Sequence record: OR538032.1
Strand: one strand, 5' to 3'
Length of the DNA: 64,000 bases
The position numbers were made by a program, and so were the translations under genes. The number at the start of each line of letters is the position of its first letter. The first letter of the stretch is position 1. The notes beneath the pieces were generated by a model. The model searched no databases. It had not been told where the DNA came from and was given only the letters and a program-made list of their open reading frames with translations. This document shows positions 45,440 to 53,040 of the stretch, piece after piece.

Positions 45440-46012
45440 TTAGTTAAAAATGCTACTTGTATATATAGCGGTCTTCAGGGCATTGAAATGATCGTCAACT
45501 CTATTCACGTGTATGCATTCAATGTCAAATCTTTCTTGGATTTCTCGGATGTTGTCTAGCGAGTCGTCGATGAAGTACTTCACATCATGCAGTTCACACA
45601 GCTTCTCGACATACTTTGCCTTCGAGTCGAAGTACTCAATCGAAATCACTTCACTTATCATTCCTGGGAATAACGCATTTAGATTATGCACGCGATTTGA
45701 CCATGAAGTTCTACTCATGCTGAACTTGGTTAGTGCAATGATGTTATAACGGTCTGAGAGTTCGCGTAACGCATCGTAAGCGTCTTCATATGCTGGTATG
45801 TACTTTGCACACTCATGTTCATTGTATGCCCCTATAAGCTTTCCTAGTTGCATGTCGCTCACGTTAATAAATAAAGAGCGTGCATCGGTATCAGTATTTG
45901 AACCGTTGATATTCAAATTATCAAGCATGCCTAATTGCATCATGAAGAATGGCAAGTTGGCTTTCCAGTTAAGCAAAACCCCGTCTACATCTATGATGAT
46001 AGTCTTTTTCAT
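45440..46012 (-). CDS. HAD phosphatase, 5'(3')-nucleotidase-like
   Basis: IDVDGVLL, ALTK, K, FIDDSLDN; RBS GAGG. Confidence 0.8.
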   Translation of the reverse strand: MKKTIIIDVDGVLLNWKANLPFFMMQLGMLDNLNINGSNTDTDARSLFINVSDMQLGKLIGAYNEHECAKYIPAYEDAYDALRELSDRYNIIALTKFSMSRTSWSNRVHNLNALFPGMISEVISIEYFDSKAKYVEKLCELHDVKYFIDDSLDNIREIQERFDIECIHVNRVDDHFNALKTAIYTSSIFN

Positions 46013-46043
46013 TACTACCTCGAAAAAAAATTAAAATTTTTCG

Positions 46044-46147
46044 AAAAAAAGTATTGACACTTCGTTTCGTTCATGTAATACTTATCTCAACTTAACGAAA
46101 CAAGTTAAACAAACAAGACAACATTTAATCAAAAAAAGGAAATACAC
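46044..46147 (+). promoter_or_regulatory. Early promoter
   Basis: A-tract, TTGACA(46054)...TAATACT; RBS AAGGA. Confidence 0.7.
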
Positions 46148-46384
46148 ATGAAAAACTTCAAATCAATCGCAACTGCACTTCTTCTAACTATGACTTTCTC
46201 TGCTGGTGCTTTCGCACACGGCTCAGGTGGTACGCTAGGTGGTAACCTTGGCATCGAAATGTGCAAAATCGGAGCAATCAACTGCGGCTTCCCTAAACAA
46301 GAAGTTAAAGTTGAAAAAGAAGCACCAAAAGCTGAAAAGGCTGAGGTGAAAGAAGTTAAGCTGGCAACTGATCTGACAGCTTAA
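46148..46384 (+). CDS. Small secreted protein
   Basis: Signal peptide ending AGAFA; mature part with C-x6-C and Lys/Glu tail. Confidence 0.7.
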   Translation: MKNFKSIATALLLTMTFSAGAFAHGSGGTLGGNLGIEMCKIGAINCGFPKQEVKVEKEAPKAEKAEVKEVKLATDLTA

Positions 46385-46387
46385 TTG

Positions 46388-46414
46388 AAATGTGCAGATT
46401 CGTCTGCACATTTT
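46388..46414 (+). terminator. Intrinsic terminator
   Basis: AAATGTGCAGA-TTCG-TCTGCACATTT-T. Confidence 0.8.
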
Positions 46415-46485
46415 GTTTAATAACGACGCATCGAGACATATACTAAAGTCTCACACACAATCAAGCATAAAATGGGAGCCATACA

Positions 46486-47979
46486 ATGCTAAATCTTACT
46501 CAAAATATCGCAATCGCAACTGACAGCTACAAAGTTTCACACTGGTCTCAATTCCCTCGTGGTCTAGAGTACAGCCAATATTACGTCGAAAGCCGGGGTG
46601 GTAAGTTCGACAAAATTATGGTCGATGGTATGGCATACATGTGTCGTATTCTCGAAAAAGGTGTTTCGATGAACGATGTCAAGCGTGCGAAACGTCTGTT
46701 CAAAAAGCACTTCGGTTCTGAAGTCTTCAATGACAAGGGTTGGGACATCATCGTTAACGAACTGAAAGGCAAACTGCCTATTAAGATTCGTGCGGTCAAA
46801 GAAGGTACTGTAGTACCAGTTAAACACCCTATCTTGACGATTGAGAACACAGATCCGCGTTTTGGTTGGCTGCCTGGCTATCTTGAAACGTTCATCTTGC
46901 GTGCTCTTTGGTACCCGACAACTGTAGCAACGATCTCGTTCGAAGTGAAGAAAATCATTCGCCAATTCATGAAGAAGACGGTTGATGATGAACGCATTGC
47001 AGAACAAGAGCCGTTCAAACTTCACGACTTTGGTTCTCGTGGTGTATCAAGTGGCGAATCAGCGGCTATCGGCGGCTCTGCTCACTTGAAAAACTTCTTG
47101 GGTACTGACACTGTAGAAGCACTTGTTGCAGTTGAAGAACTTTACGCTGAAGATGTTGAAGATTTCATTGCGGGATTCTCTATCCCTGCACGTGAACACT
47201 CAACAACTACAATCTACAAAGAAGTTGGTGAAGATCAAGCATTCTTGAACTCTATCGAGCAATGGGGTGCGGCATTATACGCTTGTGTAATGGACAGCTA
47301 CGACTACGAAGCAGCAATGAATCGTGTCTCGACTGGTCGCTTCAAAGAGCTAATCATCAGCAAAGGCGGTACGTTTGTTGCTCGTCCTGACTCTGGTGTG
47401 CCTGTAGATGTAGTAATGAAAGGTCTTGAGATTCTTGGTAAAAACGTTGGTTATACAATCAACAGCAAGGGTTACAAAGTATTGCACCCTAGCTACCGCA
47501 TCATTCAAGGCGACGGCGTGAACATCGAAGAAATTCGTCGAATTCTGTCTTACATGGAAAGTAAAGGCTGGTCGGCAGAAAACATTGCATTTGGCATGGG
47601 TGGTGGTTTGCTTCAGCAACTCGACCGTGATACTCAACGCTTTGCAATGAAAATGTCAGCGGCAATCATCAACGGCGAATACGTTAGCGTGTTCAAAATG
47701 CCGAAGACTGACCCGACAAAAGCATCAAAAGCAGGTTTCTTAGATTTGATTGCAGTCGATGCAGACAATCCGAACCCAGCGGCTCGTGGTTACGTGACGT
47801 TCTCTTCTGAAGATTACGACAATCGCGTACACCCGAAAAGCGTGATGCAGACAATCTTTGAAGACGGTGTAACAGTTGCTGACTTCTCACTCGAAGAAGC
47901 TCGTAAACTGTCTGACGTACAAGCTGATTTCCTGAACGAAGGTGAATGGAAAATCGCGAAAAAGATTCAAACTGCGTAA
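46486..47979 (+). CDS. nadV: Nicotinamide phosphoribosyltransferase
   Basis: ATDSYKVSH, LHDFGSRG, GTDT, PAREHS, RPDSG, QGDGV, GMGGGLLQ, RDT. Confidence 0.95.
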   Translation: MLNLTQNIAIATDSYKVSHWSQFPRGLEYSQYYVESRGGKFDKIMVDGMAYMCRILEKGVSMNDVKRAKRLFKKHFGSEVFNDKGWDIIVNELKGKLPIKIRAVKEGTVVPVKHPILTIENTDPRFGWLPGYLETFILRALWYPTTVATISFEVKKIIRQFMKKTVDDERIAEQEPFKLHDFGSRGVSSGESAAIGGSAHLKNFLGTDTVEALVAVEELYAEDVEDFIAGFSIPAREHSTTTIYKEVGEDQAFLNSIEQWGAALYACVMDSYDYEAAMNRVSTGRFKELIISKGGTFVARPDSGVPVDVVMKGLEILGKNVGYTINSKGYKVLHPSYRIIQGDGVNIEEIRRILSYMESKGWSAENIAFGMGGGLLQQLDRDTQRFAMKMSAAIINGEYVSVFKMPKTDPTKASKAGFLDLIAVDADNPNPAARGYVTFSSEDYDNRVHPKSVMQTIFEDGVTVADFSLEEARKLSDVQADFLNEGEWKIAKKIQTA

Positions 47980-48010
47980 AACGTGACATTGATCACTAAA
48001 AATCGTAAAT

Positions 48011-48086
48011 TTAGGGTTGCTTCGGCAGCCCTTTTTTCGTATTATAGCTACATCGAAACGAGATACGAAAACAAAGAGAGAACATT
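48011..48086 (+). promoter_or_regulatory. Fused terminator / early promoter
   Basis: GGGTTGC-TTCG-GCAGCCC-TTTTTT; TTGCTT-17-TATTAT; ATCGAAACGAGA. Confidence 0.8.
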
Positions 48087-48413
48087 ATGCAACTAACTTC
48101 TAAAATGACTAAAGCTCAAAAAACTAAAGTTGTTGAAGGTTTCAACTTCGAGCGTGAAACAGGTCAAAGTCAATACAAATACCGCAACGGTACTTACAAC
48201 ATGGAAGGCGGTGATGTTGCACGTCGATTCAATCTAATCTCTACTATCGTGACTGGTAAGCCAGCGATTATTCCTGAAGCGACAGTTGCTGATTTCGACC
48301 GCATTGTTCTTATGCAAGCAATGACTGATCAGTTCTTAACAATGAGTGCTGGTAAAGCTTCTCTTGAAGAATCTAACGAATTTGGTAAAAAAGTGCTTGC
48401 ACACTTCGCTTAA
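48087..48413 (+). CDS. Hypothetical early protein
   Basis: Leader-driven ATG. Confidence 0.75.
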   Translation: MQLTSKMTKAQKTKVVEGFNFERETGQSQYKYRNGTYNMEGGDVARRFNLISTIVTGKPAIIPEATVADFDRIVLMQAMTDQFLTMSAGKASLEESNEFGKKVLAHFA

Positions 48414-48454
48414 TTCAATTAGAATACTTACATCAACTGAGAAGAGAGAACATT

Positions 48455-48697
48455 ATGAAAGCAACTATCCCACAACTTAAAAAGAAAATCAATTCACTTG
48501 CTGACAAATACGGTTACGCTTTTGATAAAAACGCACCGTACTACGTAAACGACGGTCGCATCAAAGCAATCGAAGCTGCCATCATTACTGTCAAAGAAGA
48601 CGGTGAAGCGAATCCAACTCGTCGCTACGAAATCAGCGAAAAGCAGCTTGTGTCACTGAACAACTGGGTTCGTGATTTGAAACACAAATATCTGTGA
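48455..48697 (+). CDS. Hypothetical protein
   Basis: GAGAGAACATTATG leader. Confidence 0.75.
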   Translation: MKATIPQLKKKINSLADKYGYAFDKNAPYYVNDGRIKAIEAAIITVKEDGEANPTRRYEISEKQLVSLNNWVRDLKHKYL

Positions 48698-48703
48698 GGT
48701 AGT

Positions 48704-48943
48704 ATGTACGCAATACAAGCAACTAGTCATTTCGTTCAATTCGTTCTAAAGAGCGTGAGCGTAAATGGCTTCCCGAAATACGTGCCAATGTATACGTTTA
48801 ATTTGGGAATCATAACAACATTCGCAACTCTTGAAGAATGTCAAAAGTTCATCGACGAGTACGATCCCAACCCCGACGCATGTCTGCCATGGCGTGCATA
48901 TAAACTACACGATCTTGAAATCGCTCAACTGGAGACAAAATAA
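48704..48943 (+). CDS. Hypothetical protein
   Basis: RBS GAGG. Confidence 0.65.
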   Translation: MYAIQATSHFVQFVLKSVSVNGFPKYVPMYTFNLGIITTFATLEECQKFIDEYDPNPDACLPWRAYKLHDLEIAQLETK

Positions 48944-50211
48944 TGGGTTCATTTAACACTACTTGCGCAATCACTCGTACACCAATTCAAGAAGGCGGTC
49001 TTGCGCGTGTCTTTTTCTTAGAAATGGACGCATTTGCAACAAACTATTACGGTCGTCAAGGTCTGTTTAAGAACATCATGATGGGATGTGGTTGCTACCC
49101 ATGGGATAATTTCAAGATCATCGGTTACCCGCTGCTCGGCAAATATGCCGATTACAACAATTACGAGTTTGAAGATGCAGATATGGCTAATATGACGCTG
49201 GCTGCAATCAACAAACGATACGTACCAAATCGAGTAGCTGAAGGTAAGACGCTTGAAGATTACAATGAATATCATGATTACATGGAAATCGACGAGATTT
49301 CAGACATGAGTCAGCTTCAAGATATGGAACACAGTGGTTCGCTTCGAGTTAAAGGTGCGCATGGTAATGTAACTGCGGTTGTTAAAATGGCAATGCATGA
49401 AGAAGTGTACCAAATGATGCTTGAAGGTAACGTGACTGAGGGTTGGGGTGATGATGCGAAGACATATTCATTTGCCGACGACTTGAAACGTCTCACAGAT
49501 AAGTATAGTGGTTCAGTATCAGGTTTTGATGCATTAACCGAGCAACAACAGAAGCGAATGAATGACATGCGTGATGAGCTTTACGCTAAGGCTGACGCGG
49601 GCGAAATCAATGAACGCACTGGCGAACCATATACTCGTGAAGAGGCTGACAAGAGCTTCGAACAAATGGTTGAATGGCTTGCTGAAGACCGTATTGAGCT
49701 TGGCGGCGAACGCGCTGAATGGTTTGCACATCAATCTCATAGCCGAGATATGGCAAATCTTAAAGACAATCAAGAACTACTTCACAAACTAGCTGAAGCA
49801 GTCGTAGGTGCAAAATGGTGTGCTCGATGGATGATGTGTAACAACTACGAATTTGCACCTGTGATGACATGCGGTCAAGATTACGATACTGCTTCTCATG
49901 CGTCGCGTCTTCGTAAGCTTGCTGACATCATCGAATCGAAGAAAAACAAATATCACTACGAAGAGCACGTTGAACTTGATGTAGTTCGTTCTGAGCGCGT
50001 TGAACTGTCTCTAAGTAATCTGAAAGAGCGTTTTGCTGATTGGTACGATGAAGATGAACAAGAATATCAAGATCTACTGTCAGCGATTGAAAGTGTAAAA
50101 GAACAATCAAGCTTTGTTTACGGTGATGGTTCTATTTTCGATAAATTCATTGAAGAATACGACGTTCTACGTGATGTTGAAGAAAATACACAAATTCATT
50201 TCAAAAAGTAG
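48943..50211 (+). CDS. Large acidic hypothetical protein
   Basis: 422 aa; MGSFNTTCAITRTPI start; TAATG coupling. Confidence 0.75.
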   Translation: MGSFNTTCAITRTPIQEGGLARVFFLEMDAFATNYYGRQGLFKNIMMGCGCYPWDNFKIIGYPLLGKYADYNNYEFEDADMANMTLAAINKRYVPNRVAEGKTLEDYNEYHDYMEIDEISDMSQLQDMEHSGSLRVKGAHGNVTAVVKMAMHEEVYQMMLEGNVTEGWGDDAKTYSFADDLKRLTDKYSGSVSGFDALTEQQQKRMNDMRDELYAKADAGEINERTGEPYTREEADKSFEQMVEWLAEDRIELGGERAEWFAHQSHSRDMANLKDNQELLHKLAEAVVGAKWCARWMMCNNYEFAPVMTCGQDYDTASHASRLRKLADIIESKKNKYHYEEHVELDVVRSERVELSLSNLKERFADWYDEDEQEYQDLLSAIESVKEQSSFVYGDGSIFDKFIEEYDVLRDVEENTQIHFKK

Positions 50212-50271
50212 TTGACAAGGTGCGTGAGTGGCTGTAATATGTCACTCAACGCCTAACGAGAGAACAATATT
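50204..50271 (+). promoter_or_regulatory. Early promoter, duplicate of 578-650
   Basis: AAAAGTAGTTGACA...GTGAGTGGCTGTAATATGTCACTCAACGCCTAAC. Confidence 0.8.
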
Positions 50272-50532
50272 ATGAAAGATGAAATTACGCTGCACATTAA
50301 GAATCATTGGTTGCACCGTCGCGCATATTTCGTACTTTACAATAAACCGATGAAATTCAGAAAGAAAGCATTGGCTGAGTGGGAAGAAAAACGCAGTGAA
50401 TTTTGGTACGTAGTTCAACGACTTAATCCTGAGTTTTTCGCGCAGTGTCCTGAAGGTATGCAACCGTATTTGTCTTGCGTACCAACCCCGCGCAATGGCG
50501 CACAATACTTCTACATCAAATTTGACAAATAA
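50272..50532 (+). CDS. Hypothetical protein
   Basis: Leader-driven ATG. Confidence 0.7.
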   Translation: MKDEITLHIKNHWLHRRAYFVLYNKPMKFRKKALAEWEEKRSEFWYVVQRLNPEFFAQCPEGMQPYLSCVPTPRNGAQYFYIKFDK

Positions 50533-50543
50533 GAGAGAACATC

Positions 50544-51263
50544 ATGAAAAAATTAATCGCAATCGTAGCACTAGCAGCATCAGTAGCAATGACTGGTTGT
50601 ACTGACACCATCGACAATTCAGCAACTGATCAGCTAAAAGCAGCCATGCCAGTTCTTTCTCAAACTGAAAAAGATATGCTGAATGTATTCGCTGCTCCGA
50701 ACTTCTTGAGCCGTTACGACAACATGTATGCAGAAGTGGTCAAAAATCGCGTACACTTCGGTCAGAAGCCGATTCCACGAGCAGATACAGAAGTGCCGTT
50801 CTGTGATGTAATCGACGCTGTAATCGCAGCAGAGCGCGAAAACAATCTAACAGAACGTGATTACTCACTGAGCAATCAATGGAAGATGAAATACGGCATC
50901 ACACTTCTTGAGCAATGTAATCAATCAGACCGTGCTCGTATTGAAATGCAGATCGCTAAAGCAAAAGCCGATGCTGAAGCAGCTAAAGATCGAGTAATCA
51001 TCGAAGAACAAGAATTCAGCAAGAAAGAAATCAAAGCTGAGAAAATCATCGAAGACACCGTTGTAATCAAAGATGATGTGCTACTATCACCTGAACTTGT
51101 TCGTGAACTACGTGGCTCAGTTAAAGACTGTAATCGCGCTAAAGTCAAGCTAATGAGTGTAGTTGATGCCGGTGAGCAGCTAACTACAAAGCACTACGAC
51201 GAAGTTAAAGGTCTAGTTCTACAGTGTGAAATGTTGAAACTAGAAGTCGAACTCAACAAATAA
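50544..51263 (+). CDS. Lipoprotein, paralogue of 38001-38696
   Basis: Lipobox AMTG-C; EVPFCDVI, NQW..KYGI, CNRAK, KLEVELNK. Confidence 0.8.
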   Translation: MKKLIAIVALAASVAMTGCTDTIDNSATDQLKAAMPVLSQTEKDMLNVFAAPNFLSRYDNMYAEVVKNRVHFGQKPIPRADTEVPFCDVIDAVIAAERENNLTERDYSLSNQWKMKYGITLLEQCNQSDRARIEMQIAKAKADAEAAKDRVIIEEQEFSKKEIKAEKIIEDTVVIKDDVLLSPELVRELRGSVKDCNRAKVKLMSVVDAGEQLTTKHYDEVKGLVLQCEMLKLEVELNK

Positions 51264-51283
51264 CATGACTTGAATCACATAAA

Positions 51284-51306
51284 AGCCCCTTAATTGGGGC
51301 TTTTTT
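51284..51306 (+). terminator. Intrinsic terminator (copy 3 of 3 identical)
   Basis: AGCCCC-TTAATT-GGGGCTTTTTT. Confidence 0.8.
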
Positions 51307-51311
51307 CGTTT

Positions 51312-51381
51312 TAGCGGTTGTATGATGAATGGCAATTGCCTAATATAGCTACATCGAAACGACGAACACAAAGAGAACATT
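51312..51381 (+). promoter_or_regulatory. Early promoter and leader
   Basis: GGTTGTAT...CCTAATATAGCTACATCGAAACGA...AGAGAACATTATG. Confidence 0.7.
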
Positions 51382-51690
51382 ATGATTATCACAGACTTCC
51401 ACGCATTTGCACGCAGCGACATCGACTATAACGATAACGAGTACTTTTACATCGTAGCTGAACTACCATGCGGTTTTCGATTCGCACTTCAGGGAACTAA
51501 TTTCGGTGATGATGGTGACCGAGCAGAACGTTTCGCAGATAAGATTAATAAAGCGGGGCGTATTGACACAAATAATTGGTCAGAGATTGACCCTTGCTAT
51601 GGGTCTGAAGCTCATCAACGAATCGGTGATTTTCATCTAATGAGCGAAGATGAACTCGAACACGGTAGAAAAATGGGTTATTGGTTATAA
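51382..51690 (+). CDS. Hypothetical early protein
   Basis: Leader-driven ATG. Confidence 0.75.
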   Translation: MIITDFHAFARSDIDYNDNEYFYIVAELPCGFRFALQGTNFGDDGDRAERFADKINKAGRIDTNNWSEIDPCYGSEAHQRIGDFHLMSEDELEHGRKMGYWL

Positions 51691-51691
51691 A

Positions 51692-51714
51692 AAAGGGAGC
51701 ACTAAGCTCCCTTT
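51692..51714. terminator. Bidirectional terminator between convergent genes
   Basis: AAAGGGAGC-ACTAA-GCTCCCTTT. Confidence 0.75.
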
Positions 51715-51715
51715 C

Positions 51716-52768
51716 TCATTTCACCATTTTGATTTGAATCTGATTGTCCATGTAAGCCATTTTCTTTTCAAATTCAACATCATATTCTGGTCGATGTTCG
51801 TATTCGACTGAAAGCATTTGCTTCAGACAACGGTACAATTCCGACTTGTAATACCCTTCTTTCATTCCCTTCATCTGTTCATATTGCTTTTTCATAGCAG
51901 CTTTGATTATCTTCGGGTCCATGAATTTGATTGACATTTCTCGCGGTGCTTTTACTGTGCCAAAGTCAACAAACACCTGAGCCTTTTCAGCTACTTGAAT
52001 GAAGTCATAAATCGTGTCATAACTCATTCGACTTAGCGTGTGGTGCATACAAACATGTTTGCTATGTTCTTTTAGCAACGGTACATTTGCAAGCATCAAG
52101 TCGTGGTCGATGTTCTGACGAATGTATTCGTTGCGCTCTTTTCCGCCGTCACATGAAATTGTAAACACTAGACGATGTTTGTACTTTTTACATATGGCTA
52201 GAATCTTCTTCGCAAGTGTCGTATGCAACACAGTACCATTTGTCAGAATGTAAACTTCCGCATTTGTTTCTTCCATGACTTCAGTCAGAACTTCGACTGT
52301 TCTCTTGTCCATGAACGGTTCGCCGCCGTATAGCACAACAGTTTCAACACCCTTCGGGATACTGAAATCGAGTTGTGTGTAATCGTAATGGTCGTCAATG
52401 TCATACAAGTCCATGTATGTTTTGCTATTCTTGCCATAGCACATTCGACACGCTAGGTTACATTTGTTTGACATCAATATTTGAATTGTTCTAGGATGCT
52501 CTTCGAGTGCTTCATATTCGAAGTACTTCTGATCAGACAATTCGCCATAACTCATACATTCTTTGCAGTATTCTGGTAAAGTGTCATACTCAAACATTTT
52601 GGCACGATGTTCATTGATGATGTCACTGTGCCACCAGTCTTCAACGTTCGGGAATGGTTCACTTAGCTGAGAACAGCAAATGTGATACCCATCTGGTTTT
52701 GCGTCACGTGTATTAAAGGGAGAGCCACAAAGTGGTCTCTTCCCGTCTTTAAATCCGAATTTATCCAT
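51716..52768 (-). CDS. Radical SAM protein with N-terminal twitch domain
   Basis: LCGSPF..ICC..CKEC; CNLACRMC; YGGEPF; LTNGT; SCDG. Confidence 0.85.
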   Translation of the reverse strand: MDKFGFKDGKRPLCGSPFNTRDAKPDGYHICCSQLSEPFPNVEDWWHSDIINEHRAKMFEYDTLPEYCKECMSYGELSDQKYFEYEALEEHPRTIQILMSNKCNLACRMCYGKNSKTYMDLYDIDDHYDYTQLDFSIPKGVETVVLYGGEPFMDKRTVEVLTEVMEETNAEVYILTNGTVLHTTLAKKILAICKKYKHRLVFTISCDGGKERNEYIRQNIDHDLMLANVPLLKEHSKHVCMHHTLSRMSYDTIYDFIQVAEKAQVFVDFGTVKAPREMSIKFMDPKIIKAAMKKQYEQMKGMKEGYYKSELYRCLKQMLSVEYEHRPEYDVEFEKKMAYMDNQIQIKMVK

Positions 52769-53040
52769 TAATCTAGCTCATCAAGAAGTGATTGAAATTC
52801 TTCGTCGCGTTCAGCGTCGATTGTACCAGTCATCAACTCTGTTAGAGTCTTCAACGACTTGATCTCTGGTGGTTGAGGGCGTAGATCTTCGAGAATGTGA
52901 ATGATTGACTCGGCTGGGAGATCGTGATTTACAATCTCATCAGGCAGGTGGTGTTTGTAAACGCAGTCGTCGCCCCAATCAATAACTACTGCATGTTCCC
53001 ATTTGTCGATTTCTAGTATTTTAAAATTTGGTTTCATCAT
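52768..53040 (-). CDS. Small acidic hypothetical protein
   Basis: ATGA and TAATG coupling to both neighbours; start MMKPNF. Confidence 0.7.
   Translation of the reverse strand: MMKPNFKILEIDKWEHAVVIDWGDDCVYKHHLPDEIVNHDLPAESIIHILEDLRPQPPEIKSLKTLTELMTGTIDAERDEEFQSLLDELD

Noticed and set aside
39555-46012. GC-content anomaly marking the locus as a foreign island
   Set aside because: A spot count gave 24/60 GC at 43201-43260 against 25/60 in nadV at 47101-47160, so no difference is visible. A codon-usage analysis is needed.
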